From contig CAWBHS010000110.1 in the NCBI GenBank assembly GCA_963788655.1, positions 1-64,000 on the forward strand: a DNA stretch of 64,000 bases. The letters run 5' to 3'. This stretch comes from an uncultured Verrucomicrobiae bacterium (lineage in GTDB: Bacteria; Verrucomicrobiota; Verrucomicrobiia; Limisphaerales; JAFGQR01). Below the pieces are notes generated by a model, which ran no database searches, had not been told where the DNA came from, and saw nothing but the letters and a program-made list of their open reading frames with translations. Positions 52,138 through 62,502 of this stretch are shown here, piece by piece. Position 1 is the first letter of the stretch. Each line of letters starts with the position of its first letter. The position numbers and the translations under genes were made by a program.

Positions 52138-54961
52138 ATGCACATTCATTCGCTTTCGAAGCTGAGCGCGCGCGCGTATTTCCTGACCGCCGTCCTGTTC
52201 TGCAGTGCGACGGGAACCGGGTTGGCTCAACCAGAAACCACCCCTATTCCCTTGCCCGAGCATCCCCGGCCGGATTTTCAACGGCCGGCCTGGCAAAACT
52301 TGAATGGCCCCTGGCAGTTCCGTTTCGACAAAGCCGACGCCGGGTTGGCCGAACAGTGGTTTGCCGGCAACGTCAAATTTCCGGAGACGATCGTGGTCCC
52401 GTTCCCATGGGGCTCCGCGCTGTCCACCGTACCGGACCAGGCCCGGATCGCCTGGTATGGGCGCACCGTGCGAATGCCGGACGACTGGCGCGGACAGCGC
52501 GTGTTCCTCGTCATCGGCGCGTGCGATTGGGAAACGCAGGCTTGGCTGGACGGCAAACCGCTGGGCACGCACCGGGGCGGTTATACGCCCTTCGAGTTTG
52601 AGCTGACGCCGCAGCTCAAACCGGGCCAGGACCACCGCCTGGTGCTGCGCGTGGACGACGCGGATCGCCCCTTCAAACTCGAAGGCAAACAAGGTTATGG
52701 CAACGCCCGCGGTATCTGGCAAACCGTGTATTTGGAGGCCCGTCCGGCGACCCATTTGCAGACCATCCATTTTGTGCCGGACATCGACCGAGCCGTGGTT
52801 ACCGTGAAAGCAACTTTGAATCAGCCGGTGCCTGCCGGTGCGGAAATGCGTCTCCATTTCACGACCGGCAACGTCGCGGACACTCAACGTCCCGTCGCTC
52901 AAGGAACGCGCGACATTGAATTCGAAATGCCCATTCCTCAAGCACGTCTGTGGTCGCTGGACGATCCGTTTCTTTACGAAGTCACCGCCACCTTGCGGGC
53001 GGGCGAGGCGGTTGACACGGTATCCACCTATTTCGGTATGCGAAAAATTAGCGTGACCAATCTGCCGGGCACTGAGTTCCCCTACGTTGCGCTAAATGGC
53101 AAACCGGTTTATCTCGAAATCACCCTCGACCAGTCGTATCACCCGGAAGGCTTTTACACGTTTCCGAGCGACGCGTTCATGCGGGATGAAATTCTCCGCT
53201 CGCGCCGCCTCGGCCTGAACGCCAACCGGCTGCACGTGAAGATCGATGTGCCCCGCAAACTGTATTGGGCCGATCGGCTGGGATTGCTGCTCATGGCGGA
53301 CGTGCCGAATAGTTGGGGCGAGCCGGATTCCGACATGCGCCACGAAATCGAGTTCGCCCTGCGCGGCATGATCCAACGCGACTTCAATCATCCCGCCATC
53401 TTCGCCTGGGTGCCTTTCAACGAAACCTGGGGACTGTTCACCCGGCAAGGCGACCGGCGAACTTACCTGCCGGACACGCAGGAATGGGTGGCGTCCGTCT
53501 ATCGGCTGGCCCGGCAGCTCGATCCCACCCGATTGGTCGAAGACAATTCGCCGTGCAACCACGATCACGTGGTGACGGACATCAACAGTTGGCACGCGTA
53601 CCTGCCCGGCTATGCTTGGCGGGAACATCTCGATCAGGTGACCCACGACACCTTCCCGGGCTCGAAATGGAACTTTATTGGGGGACGCACTCAGGACCAC
53701 CAGCCGTTGCTGAACAGCGAGTGCGGCAACGTTTGGGGTTACGAGGGCAGCGCCGGCGACGTCGATTGGTGCTGGGATTATCACATCATGATGAATGAGT
53801 TCCGGCGCCATCCGAAAATCTGCGGCTGGCTCTACACCGAGCACCACGACGTGATCAACGAATGGAACGGCTATTACCGGTTTGATCGCTCCGCCAAATA
53901 CACCGGCCTGGAAGAGCTGGTGCCCGGCATGAGTTTGCGCGATTTGCACGGTGCGTTTTACCTCGCGCCCGGCGGGGACCAATGCCGCACGTGAAGCCCG
54001 GCGAGAAAGTCCAGGTGCCGCTTTGGGCTTCCTTCCTCACGGACCGCGCCGCGGGGAACCAGTTGCTTTTGCGCACGGAACTGTACGGCTGGGATTCGTT
54101 GGGCCAGCGGGAAACGTACGCGCAAGCCAACCGGCCAATTGCGTTCGAGCCGTGGATGTCGCGCGCGCTCAAGCCGGTGGAAATCACCATGCCTGACAAA
54201 TCCGCGGCTAGCGGTGCTGAGTTTTACGCTCGAAGACGGCACGGGCGGCGTGTTGCACCGGAACTTCACGACGTTCCTGGTGGCGGACGGACCGTCGCCG
54301 CGCCTGGCACCCGCCAAAATCAACGGCCGGGAAGTGCGGTTGCTCCGCTTCGCGCCCAACCAATTCACCTCGGCGCAATGGTCGGTGAAGCAATGGAATG
54401 TGTTCGACGGGTTGAAGGTCAACGGCGCGGGCCAGGGCTACTTCGAATACCGTTTGCCCTGGCCGCAGGGACTGGACCCGCAAGCCATCGCCAGTGCGCA
54501 GCCTGCGCTTTGAGGCGTCGGCCAAACAACTGTTCGGCAAGGACCGCGAGGGCGCCGCCCAACGGGAGGGCGATTTCATGCGCGGCAAAGGCACGCACGA
54601 TCCGAGTCGCAACCCGAACGCCTATCCGATGACCGACACGGAGTGTTACCCCAGTGCCGTGCGGGTGCGCGTCAACGGTGCGGTGGCCGGCACGTTCGAT
54701 TTGCCGGATGATCCCGCCGATCACCGGGGCATTCTTTCCTGGCACGCCCAATTGCGGGACAAGAAATTGCGCGAGGCCGGCTCGTATGGATACCTCATCA
54801 ATGCAACGATTCCCACCGCCGCGCTGCTTTCCGCCGCCGCCAGCGAAATTGTCGTGCGCCTCGAAGTCGATGCGGCCCTGGCAGGCGGTTTGGCCCTCTA
54901 CGGCGAACGGTTTGGTCGGTACCCAATGGATCCGACGCTGATCTTCGAGATGAAGCAATGA
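52138..54961 (+). CDS. Glycoside hydrolase family 2, secreted; frameshifts ~53985, ~54205 and ~54500
   Basis: PEHPRP, LNGPWQF, HRGGYTPF, GIWQTVYLE, YFGMRKI, ADRLGLL, NHPAIFAWVPFNETWG, NSECG. Confidence 0.9.
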
Positions 54962-54977
54962 AGTGCCGCCCTGCGGC

Positions 54978-55047
54978 GTAGCGGCGTCTCAGAGCGCCAC
55001 AGACTCGCTGGGTCCAAGATGGCGGCGCTCTTCTGGGATGCCGTTAC
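54978..55047. repeat. Degenerate REP doublet (family I) between convergent genes
   Basis: GTAGCGGCGTCTCAGAGCGCC ... GGCGCTCTTCTGGGATGCCGTTAC. Confidence 0.55.
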
Positions 55048-55187
55048 GTGAAGGAACCACGGCTTTGACGCGGCGCGGGTACCAAGAAAATCCACCGGGT
55101 CGCCGAACTGTTGGCGAGCTTGTTTCAGCAATTGGCGCAAGTGGGTCAATTCGATGGAGTGCTTCGGATCGGATTCAGGTTGATCAA

Positions 55188-56684
55188 TTACTCCTGCTTG
55201 GCCGCCTTCTTCTTGGCCTTCCGCGGATTGGGCACCGGGCGATAGGCCTTGGCCCAGTTCGCGCGAACCAACGCTTTCAACTTCGCCACGACCGCTGCGT
55301 GCGCGGGATCGTCAATCAGGTTGTGCTGTTCGCCCGGATCGTTGGCGTAGTCATGGAGTTCAGCGCCTTTGTCGCCATTGTCCCATTCCGTGTAACGCCA
55401 GCGTTCAGTGCGGACGCTGTAGCCGGGAAACCGGCCGCGCCACACCTGCGTGAAGGCCGGCTGGTCCCACGCGGCCTGCGGGTTGTCCAGCAACGGCTTG
55501 AGGCTGCGCCCCTCGAGGCTCGGCGGCGGGGTCAGGCCGCACAGGTCCGCCAGCGTGGGATAGAGATCCAGCAGTTCCACCGTGCGCGGACACGACCGGC
55601 CTTTGGTCGTTTGGTCCGGCGTCGCGATGATCAACGGCACGCGGGCGGAATTCTCGAACAAGCTTTGTTTCATCCACAGGCCGTTTTCCCCGACGTGATA
55701 GCCATTATCGCTCCAAAAGACGACAATGGTTTTTTCGCTCAAGTGGAGACGTTCGAGGGAGGCCAGCAGCCGGCCCACTTGGGCGTCCATAAATTCAATC
55801 GCCGCCCAGTAGGCGTGCTTGCTTTCGCGCGCCTGGGCTTTGGTCACTCCAAACCAGGGCCAGGGTTTGGTGAAAGTCGTGGCCGGCACCGGCACCTGGG
55901 TCAGCCAGGCGGCCGACACGTCCGGCATGCGTGTCTGCTCGAAGGGCACGTGTTCGAAATACTTCCGCGGAGCCACATACGGACAGTGCGGTCGATAAAA
56001 GCCGCAGGCGATGAAGAACGGACGGTCCCGGTTGGCTTCGAGCAGCTTGATGGTTTCCGTGGCGCCAATGCCGTCGGTTTGTTCTTCGTCCGTACCGTCG
56101 GCGGCGAGGAAACTCAACGAACTGCCGAGCCCGCGTTTGGGCGTGCAATTGGTGAGCTTGCCTTCCTCGTCTTTGTCGCGCCCGCGCGGATTGACGAATT
56201 GGTCCCAGGATGCCGGATCATCGAGGCCGCTGGTACCGATCTGGCCCGGCACGCCGTAGTGGTAAATTTTCCCGACGCGCGCCGCAAAATAGCCGTGGCG
56301 CTTGAACATTTGCGGGAGGGTGACCACGTCGGGCAGCACTCGGCGGAAATGCTTCTTCAGATCGAAAACCTGCGTGGTATCCGGACGCAAGCCCGTCATC
56401 AATGAAGTGCGGCTGGGACTGCACAAGGGGAATTGGCAATACGCCCGCTCGAAACGGATGCCCCGGGCGGCCAGCCGGTCGATGTTTGGCGTTTGCACCA
56501 CGGCGTTGCCGTAGCAGCCCAAGTCGCAGTTCAGATCGTCGGTGGCGATGAACAGGACGTTGTACCTGACCCTTGGGGTTTCCGCCACGGCGGCGTATAG
56601 AAGTTGGCAACTCAGGAAGAGGGCCAGCGCCAGCGCAGTTCCGGTTGTTTGGCGTCCAATTGAACGAAGGAGTTTGGGCTTCAT
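55188..56684 (-). CDS. Cys-type sulfatase (iduronate-2-sulfatase-like)
   Basis: NVLFIATDDL, CSPSRTSLMTG (CxPxR), GKIYH, RPHCP, SDNGYH. Confidence 0.93.
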   Translation of the reverse strand: MKPKLLRSIGRQTTGTALALALFLSCQLLYAAVAETPRVRYNVLFIATDDLNCDLGCYGNAVVQTPNIDRLAARGIRFERAYCQFPLCSPSRTSLMTGLRPDTTQVFDLKKHFRRVLPDVVTLPQMFKRHGYFAARVGKIYHYGVPGQIGTSGLDDPASWDQFVNPRGRDKDEEGKLTNCTPKRGLGSSLSFLAADGTDEEQTDGIGATETIKLLEANRDRPFFIACGFYRPHCPYVAPRKYFEHVPFEQTRMPDVSAAWLTQVPVPATTFTKPWPWFGVTKAQARESKHAYWAAIEFMDAQVGRLLASLERLHLSEKTIVVFWSDNGYHVGENGLWMKQSLFENSARVPLIIATPDQTTKGRSCPRTVELLDLYPTLADLCGLTPPPSLEGRSLKPLLDNPQAAWDQPAFTQVWRGRFPGYSVRTERWRYTEWDNGDKGAELHDYANDPGEQHNLIDDPAHAAVVAKLKALVRANWAKAYRPVPNPRKAKKKAAKQE

Positions 56685-56743
56685 TGATTCAAGGTATAAC
56701 TCGACTCCACCCGCAGCGCGACTCCGGTTTCCAGCGCCCGAAC

Positions 56744-57535
56744 TTACCACGGTCGCGAGAGCCGCGAGGGCTCGTCCACCACCGGGATGGCTGACCGCAA
56801 GGCCCGGTGCCCAATGGCGCCGATGGATTCGACGTATTTAGCCGCGCCGCCCTGCATCACGTTAAAGGTACGCACCAAGTCGCCGAACCAATCCGGAAAC
56901 CGGTTGGTGAATTTCAATTCCAGGATGACCAACGGGGTAAAGCTTTTGTGGGGGTGGTGGACTTCGGTCGTCAGGTGGCTGGTTAAATTCGGTTCGGCCA
57001 CCACGTCGCGATCCATGGTCAGGCGATAGGTGTCATCATCGCTGACGTAGGCCTCCCGGAGGTAGGCAATGTGAACTTTGGGCTTGGCGCGCAGCTTGGC
57101 CGTGAGTTCGCTGAACCGCTGCAGCGCCATTAATTGGCCGGGATTCTTTCGGGACACCAGGTATTCCATTTCGGGGAAATTCCCGTTCAACAACAAATCC
57201 ACAGCAGAGCGCCGCACACCGCCCCGTTGTTTCATGATGATATTGTTCATGCGGCGTTTGATTTCGAAGAAGACGGGCGAGTCCGGATTGGTGCTGTAAA
57301 ACCGGATGCGCAGTTTGAACCGGTTTTTCATCCCGTTGATCGTGTCCCAATAGGTTTTCAGATCGTCCGAATCCAGGTAAAGACTGTGTACCGGATAGGA
57401 AAAGTTCGGCCGCCCCACGCTGTACTCGTCAAAATCCAGGTAGGTCTGCACATAATCGCGCACGCGCAAAGCCGTTTCCTCGCTGATCAAGTATTTCAGC
57501 TCGAAACGCTGTTTCTGCATCCGGTCTCTGGCCAT
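56744..57535 (-). CDS. VTC (polyphosphate polymerase) domain protein
   Basis: RFELKY, SLYLD, RFKLRIRFY, FEIK, YLREAY, RLTMD, ILELKF. Confidence 0.88.
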   Translation of the reverse strand: MARDRMQKQRFELKYLISEETALRVRDYVQTYLDFDEYSVGRPNFSYPVHSLYLDSDDLKTYWDTINGMKNRFKLRIRFYSTNPDSPVFFEIKRRMNNIIMKQRGGVRRSAVDLLLNGNFPEMEYLVSRKNPGQLMALQRFSELTAKLRAKPKVHIAYLREAYVSDDDTYRLTMDRDVVAEPNLTSHLTTEVHHPHKSFTPLVILELKFTNRFPDWFGDLVRTFNVMQGGAAKYVESIGAIGHRALRSAIPVVDEPSRLSRPW

Positions 57536-57670
57536 AATTCAACTCGCAGGGTCGGAATAAGGGCTAGAATTATTGGCACCACTTGGGGGGGGAACGCAAC
57601 TTTTTTCCGTGCAACAATTTATCCTTCGCCGAACGAGAGGTCTTGATCAGTGTGAGCCGCCCCGTCGTTG

Positions 57671-58247
57671 AGCGTGCTGCCGGCGTCTCGCCGGCAGAAA
57701 CGAACACGACCGGCGCGCTCGGACTTTTGTCATCTTCGATTGAAACGCTTTCCTCCGTTCGGTCTGCCGGCAGGAATGAATGGTGAGGCGACCACCGAGT
57801 GCAGATGCGCGGAGGAAAGGGCCAATGACCAAGCCTTAGAAAAGAAGCAATTCCTAAACGCCAGTGCATGAACAAGCGTCTGACACAGCTTGATTTGGGT
57901 ATTGAGCCTTGGACATTCTCTGGTCATTGGGTATCGGACATTGGTCATTTACAACGCTCCGTTCCAAACTGCCGGCAAGATGCCGGCAGCACGTTGGCAA
58001 CGTGCTGTCCGGCGTCCCGCCGGCAGGAATGAATGGTGAGGCGAGCAGCGAGTGCAGATGCGTGGAGGAACGGGCCAATGACCAAGCCTTAGAAAAGAAG
58101 CAATTCCTAAACGCCAGTGCATGAACAAGCGTCTGACACAGCTTGATTTGGGTATTGAGCCTTGGACATTCTCTGGTCATTGGGTATCGGACATTGGTCA
58201 TTTACCAACACTCCGTTCCAAACTGCCGGCAAGATGCCGGCAACACG
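57671..58247. repeat. REP family A arms with a 253-bp tandem duplication containing heptamer arrays
   Basis: CAGGAATGAATGG at 57771 and 58024; near-identical units. Confidence 0.9.
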
Positions 58248-58357
58248 ATGAGAGTAAGCGTAACCGACTGCACGCAAGGTTCAGGAACTCCCAGCGAGAT
58301 CATCGGCCAGCTTTCCCCTTGGACCGTCCAGGCGTCGCCCGTTACCATCGCACGCCC

Positions 58358-58822
58358 ATGAACAAGCAGCAGATTTATGAGGAAGTGCTGGTCAAATTGC
58401 GCGGTTACCTGGCGGATGAAACCGATTTTATTGCCGCCATGGCCACGGTGGCGTGTGAACTGTTCCATTCCTTCGAGCACTTCCATTGGGCGGGGTTCTA
58501 CCGGGTCGTGGGTGAGGGCCTGTTGAAAATCGGGCCGTACCAGGGCCCCCACGGTTGCACCACCATCCGGTTCGACCAGGGCGTTTGCGGGGCGTGTGCG
58601 CGCAGCCGGCAAGTCCAGATGGTTAACGATGTTTCCCAAGCGCCGCATCACATCGCCTGCTCCAGCACCACTCAATCCGAGTTGGTCGTGCCGGTGTTCG
58701 ATGCGGCGACACAATTGATCGCGGTTTTGGATATTGATTCGAATTCGTTAAACGCCTTCGACGCAGCGGACACCACCGGCCTTCAGCAAGTGACGCAACT
58801 GTTCGCCCAACGAATCTGGTGA
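58358..58822 (+). CDS. GAF protein, free methionine-R-sulfoxide reductase (MsrC)-like
   Basis: WAGFY, IGPYQG...C..I...GVCG, HIAC, SELVVP, VLDIDS. Confidence 0.88.
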   Translation: MNKQQIYEEVLVKLRGYLADETDFIAAMATVACELFHSFEHFHWAGFYRVVGEGLLKIGPYQGPHGCTTIRFDQGVCGACARSRQVQMVNDVSQAPHHIACSSTTQSELVVPVFDAATQLIAVLDIDSNSLNAFDAADTTGLQQVTQLFAQRIW

Positions 58823-60178
58823 TCAGATGCGGGCCGGATCCGGATGCTCCCACGGGGCGCGATACGGCCGGCGCAAGAGCTTGTTCGCTTCATCATCGCC
58901 GCGCATCCGGCCTTGGGCTTCGTCCCAGGCCAGGCTGCGACCGAGCTTCATGGAGAGATTGGCGAGAATGCACGAGGTGGTGGAGATGTAGCCTTGCTCG
59001 ATGTCCGCCACCGGCCGGCCCCGGGAGGCAATGTTGGCGAGCAAATCCTGCATGTGCCAGCGAATGGCGGAGGCGCAATGCTTCTCCAATCCCTTCTCCG
59101 TCTGGTCTTCCGGGTATTTGTCGTATTCGTAGAGCGGTTCGCCGTGCAGCGCTTCGCCTTTGCCCAACGGGATGAAGTCGTAGCTGAATACGCTGGCTTT
59201 CAACGTGCCCTTGTCGCCGTAGAAGGTCGCGCTCCACGGGTATTTGGGATCGACGCCTTCGCCCCAGGTGCGATGGTTCCACACAATCTGCAAATCGTCG
59301 TGATCGAACGTGGCGGTTTGCGTGTCCGAAATGTTCGCCTTGCTGGCTTTGTCCACCAGAATGCCGCCGGAGGAAGCAACCGATTTCGGCCAGCCCAATT
59401 CGAGCATCCACCGCACCATGTCGTACATGTGAATGGCCATGTCGCCCATGATGCCGTTGCCATATTCCATGAACGCCCGCCAGCCGCGCGGATGCGTCCA
59501 TTTGCAGAACGGCCGCATGGGCGCCGGCCCGGTCCACATCTCGTAATCCAAATACGGCGGCGGGTCGATGTCCGGCGGATTGCCCGAAGCGCGCATGTGC
59601 CAGTAACAGCAGATTTCCACGTGCGCGATCTTGCCCAGCCGGCCTTCCTTGATGACGCGGTCGCGCGCCTCGATCAAGTGCGGCGTGCTGCGCCGTTGGG
59701 TGCCGACCTGCACCACGCGTTTGTGCTTGCGAGCGGCGGCCAACATGGCCTGGCCTTCGAGGATGTCCACGCTGATCGGTTTCTGCACCCAGATATCCGC
59801 CCCGGCTTCGGTCGCGGCGATCATCGGCAGCGCGTGCCAGTGGTCGGGCGTATCAATCAGCACGATGTCGAGGTCTTTTTCCTTGAGCATCTCCCGGTAA
59901 TCGCCGTAGGTGCGCGGCTTCTTGCCGGATTTCTGGCGCGACGCCACAATGTCCGCCGCCTCGGCCAGCATGCGCTTGTCCACGTCGCAGAGGGAAACCA
60001 CCTCGACCGGCGCCACCTGAATCAAGCGGAGCAAATCACACTTGCCGTACCAACCGGTGCCAATGAGGCCCACGCGCTTTTTCTGATCGGCGAATTCGGC
60101 GGCAAAATTGCGGAAGGAAGATAACGCCAAGCTCGCGGCGCCCACCCCACTGACTTGAAGGAATTTTCTGCGATTCAT
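58823..60178 (-). CDS. Tat-exported Gfo/Idh/MocA oxidoreductase
   Basis: MNRRKFL, GLIGTG, TPDHWH, VQKP, VGTQRRS, WTGPAP. Confidence 0.92.
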   Translation of the reverse strand: MNRRKFLQVSGVGAASLALSSFRNFAAEFADQKKRVGLIGTGWYGKCDLLRLIQVAPVEVVSLCDVDKRMLAEAADIVASRQKSGKKPRTYGDYREMLKEKDLDIVLIDTPDHWHALPMIAATEAGADIWVQKPISVDILEGQAMLAAARKHKRVVQVGTQRRSTPHLIEARDRVIKEGRLGKIAHVEICCYWHMRASGNPPDIDPPPYLDYEMWTGPAPMRPFCKWTHPRGWRAFMEYGNGIMGDMAIHMYDMVRWMLELGWPKSVASSGGILVDKASKANISDTQTATFDHDDLQIVWNHRTWGEGVDPKYPWSATFYGDKGTLKASVFSYDFIPLGKGEALHGEPLYEYDKYPEDQTEKGLEKHCASAIRWHMQDLLANIASRGRPVADIEQGYISTTSCILANLSMKLGRSLAWDEAQGRMRGDDEANKLLRRPYRAPWEHPDPARI

Positions 60179-60308
60179 GATGACATTTTTAGTCCCAAGC
60201 ACGGCACAAACACAAGCAATCAAAAAACGAATTCCTCCGGCCATGACATGACCGTGCCGCCGTCACAAATCGCAAATTCGAAAAGGCCCTCAACTCCTTC
60301 ACCTCCCC

Positions 60309-60480
60309 GGTAGGGCGAGACTCCGTGGAGTCCTGACTTCCCCGGAGCAGGATCGACCAACAGACGGCGCTGAATGGAGAATCCATGGCGTTCGAAATAC
60401 AATGGACTTCCCGCGGTTTCGGTTTTTGGTATCCGGAAGCGATGCGGGGAAGTCAGGGCTCGACGGAGTCTCGCCCTACC
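60309..60480. repeat. REP family E doublet, copy 2 (172 bp)
   Basis: GGTAGGGCGAGACTCCGTGGAGTCCT ... AGGGCTCGACGGAGTCTCGCCCTACC. Confidence 0.85.
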
Positions 60481-60645
60481 GGGTTGGTTTCGTCAAAACA
60501 CGCAATGCTCGATACCATCCGGCATTTGGCCTCCCGCCTCCCGCCTCCCCACATTCTCCTTTCAGCGGTCAATTCGCAGTTGCGTCCCCGCCCGTCTCCG
60601 GGTTTGCTGGGCGCGGTGGATCGCAACCAGTCTCCGGAAACACCG

Positions 60646-62466
60646 ATGAACGCTGAACCGGCACCCGCGCCACCGCGCGCGGTCAGCCACCGCGCTGGTT
60701 TGCCGGTCGGATTCATGGTGGTGGTGGGTATTTTGGCCTTTGGCTCACTGGGCCTGGAGCACGGGTTCAACATCAGTGATGCGATTGCTACCGCGCTGAC
60801 TTTCCTCAACTTATTGCTGGCGGGATGCTATTTGGCAGATCGGGTATTGGTATTGATCCGTTCGAAGCACCGTCGGGAAGCCTTGCTCCAGCGGAAGTTT
60901 GAGTATGGGGTGCTGGGCTTGTTCTTCCTGATGCTCGTGATCTATTTGGTGCTGCCGGGGCCGGCGTTTCTCAATGTGATCCGGACCCTGCACCAGTCGT
61001 CTTCGCAATCGTTGCTCCTGGATGTCGTCCAGCTTTTCTTGCTGGCCAACCTGCTGATTCAATTCTTGCGCTTACAGCAACGCATCCTGGTGAAAGGCGT
61101 GCGGCCCGAGTTGATCTTGACCGGTTCCTTCCTGGTGCTGATCGGCGCGGGCACGCTGCTGTTGTTGTTGCCCCGGGCCGGCGCGCCGTTGCAGAAGCCC
61201 ATCGGGTTCATGGACGCCTTGTTCACGTCCACCAGCGCGTGCTGCGTGACCGGCTTGGTGGTGCGTGACACGGGAACCGCATTCTCCGGGTTTGGCCAGA
61301 CGGTGATCATGCTGCTGTTCCAGACTGGCGGGCTCGGCATCATGACGTTTGTGGCCTTCCTCTCGGTGTCCTCGAGCAAGTCGCTGCCCATGTCGCACAT
61401 GCTGGCTTTCAAACATATCGTGAGCGCCCGGACGCTGGCTGGATTGAAACGGCAAGTGTGGGCCATCGTCTCGGTGACGCTGTTGATTGAGGTGGTGGGC
61501 GCCATCTGTTTGTATGCCAGTCTGCCGCCGGGAGCAGATCTCTTCGAGCGGATGCGCTGGAGCTTGTTTCATTCGATCTCGGCGTTTTGCAATGCCGGGT
61601 TTGCTCTCCAGGCCGATAGTCTGATGCCCTTCCAAGGCAACGCCGGCCTCATGGTCACGTTCATGGGGCTCATCGTTTTGGGCGGACTCGGATTCTTGGT
61701 GATTCCCGATCTGGTGGGCATCCAGGTGACGCGGTTGCCATTGATTCGGCGCATGCCCATGGTGCGGCGGTTCAACCAGCACTTGGCGGCCCGGCGGTTG
61801 CCGATTCAGACGCGGCTCTCGGTGCTGGTTTCCGTCGCGCTGCTGCTCGGCGGGTTCGCGGTTTTCTGGCTGCTGGAAGGGCATCATATTATGCACGGCC
61901 AATCTTGGGGCAATCGCGTGCTGATGGCGGCGTTTCAATCGGTCACCTGCCGCACCGCCGGTTTCAATTCCGTGCCCATTGATCGATTGCAGGATACCAC
62001 GCTGATTCTGCTGATGGGTTTGATGGTCATCGGCGCCTGCCCGGTTTCGACCGGGGGCGGCATTAAGACGGTGACCTTCGGGGTGTTGTTGCTGGCCCTG
62101 CGGGCGATGATTACCGGACGGGAACGGGTCGAAGTCTTTGGCCGGACGTTGCCGATGAAAGTCCTGTTTGCGGCGTTGAGTGTGTTTGTGCTGTACGTCG
62201 TGGTGGCCGTGTGCGGCGTGTTCGCTTTGTCATTGTTTGATCCGCAGATGACCTTGCAGAGCCAGACGTTTGAGGTGGTGTCGGCGCTTAGCACGGTCGG
62301 GCTTTCCACCGGCATCACCGCGCAGTTGAGTGTGGCCAGCAAACTGGTCTTGTGCCTGGCGATGTTCATCGGGCGCATCGGCCCCATTTCGCTGGTGTTG
62401 TCGATGTTTCGCAGCGGTTACCAATTGAACTACGAGTATCCGGAAGAAGATCTGGTCGTGGGCTGA
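60646..62466 (+). CDS. KtrB/TrkH-family K+ uptake membrane subunit with extra N-terminal TMs
   Basis: Four pore loops: SACCVTGL, SAFCNAGF, CRTAGF, SALSTVGLS; MFIGRIG. Confidence 0.92.
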   Translation: MNAEPAPAPPRAVSHRAGLPVGFMVVVGILAFGSLGLEHGFNISDAIATALTFLNLLLAGCYLADRVLVLIRSKHRREALLQRKFEYGVLGLFFLMLVIYLVLPGPAFLNVIRTLHQSSSQSLLLDVVQLFLLANLLIQFLRLQQRILVKGVRPELILTGSFLVLIGAGTLLLLLPRAGAPLQKPIGFMDALFTSTSACCVTGLVVRDTGTAFSGFGQTVIMLLFQTGGLGIMTFVAFLSVSSSKSLPMSHMLAFKHIVSARTLAGLKRQVWAIVSVTLLIEVVGAICLYASLPPGADLFERMRWSLFHSISAFCNAGFALQADSLMPFQGNAGLMVTFMGLIVLGGLGFLVIPDLVGIQVTRLPLIRRMPMVRRFNQHLAARRLPIQTRLSVLVSVALLLGGFAVFWLLEGHHIMHGQSWGNRVLMAAFQSVTCRTAGFNSVPIDRLQDTTLILLMGLMVIGACPVSTGGGIKTVTFGVLLLALRAMITGRERVEVFGRTLPMKVLFAALSVFVLYVVVAVCGVFALSLFDPQMTLQSQTFEVVSALSTVGLSTGITAQLSVASKLVLCLAMFIGRIGPISLVLSMFRSGYQLNYEYPEEDLVVG

Positions 62467-62502
62467 GCCCCGGGACCGGGAACGTGTTAACCATACCTGA
62501 CT

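Noticed and set aside
15962..54961. Programmed frameshifting or mass pseudogenisation
   Set aside because: The shifts are scattered, lack consistent slippery sites and hit housekeeping genes; sequencing error is the simpler explanation.
54963..56405. Long antisense ORFs (also 8568..9872, 24561..25892, 35077..36411, 58844..60124)
   Set aside because: Shadow frames of well-supported genes in GC-rich DNA, with no recognisable motifs.
57570..57612. Sigma-54 promoter upstream of the VTC gene
   Set aside because: The GG and GC elements do not have the required -24/-12 spacing on either strand.
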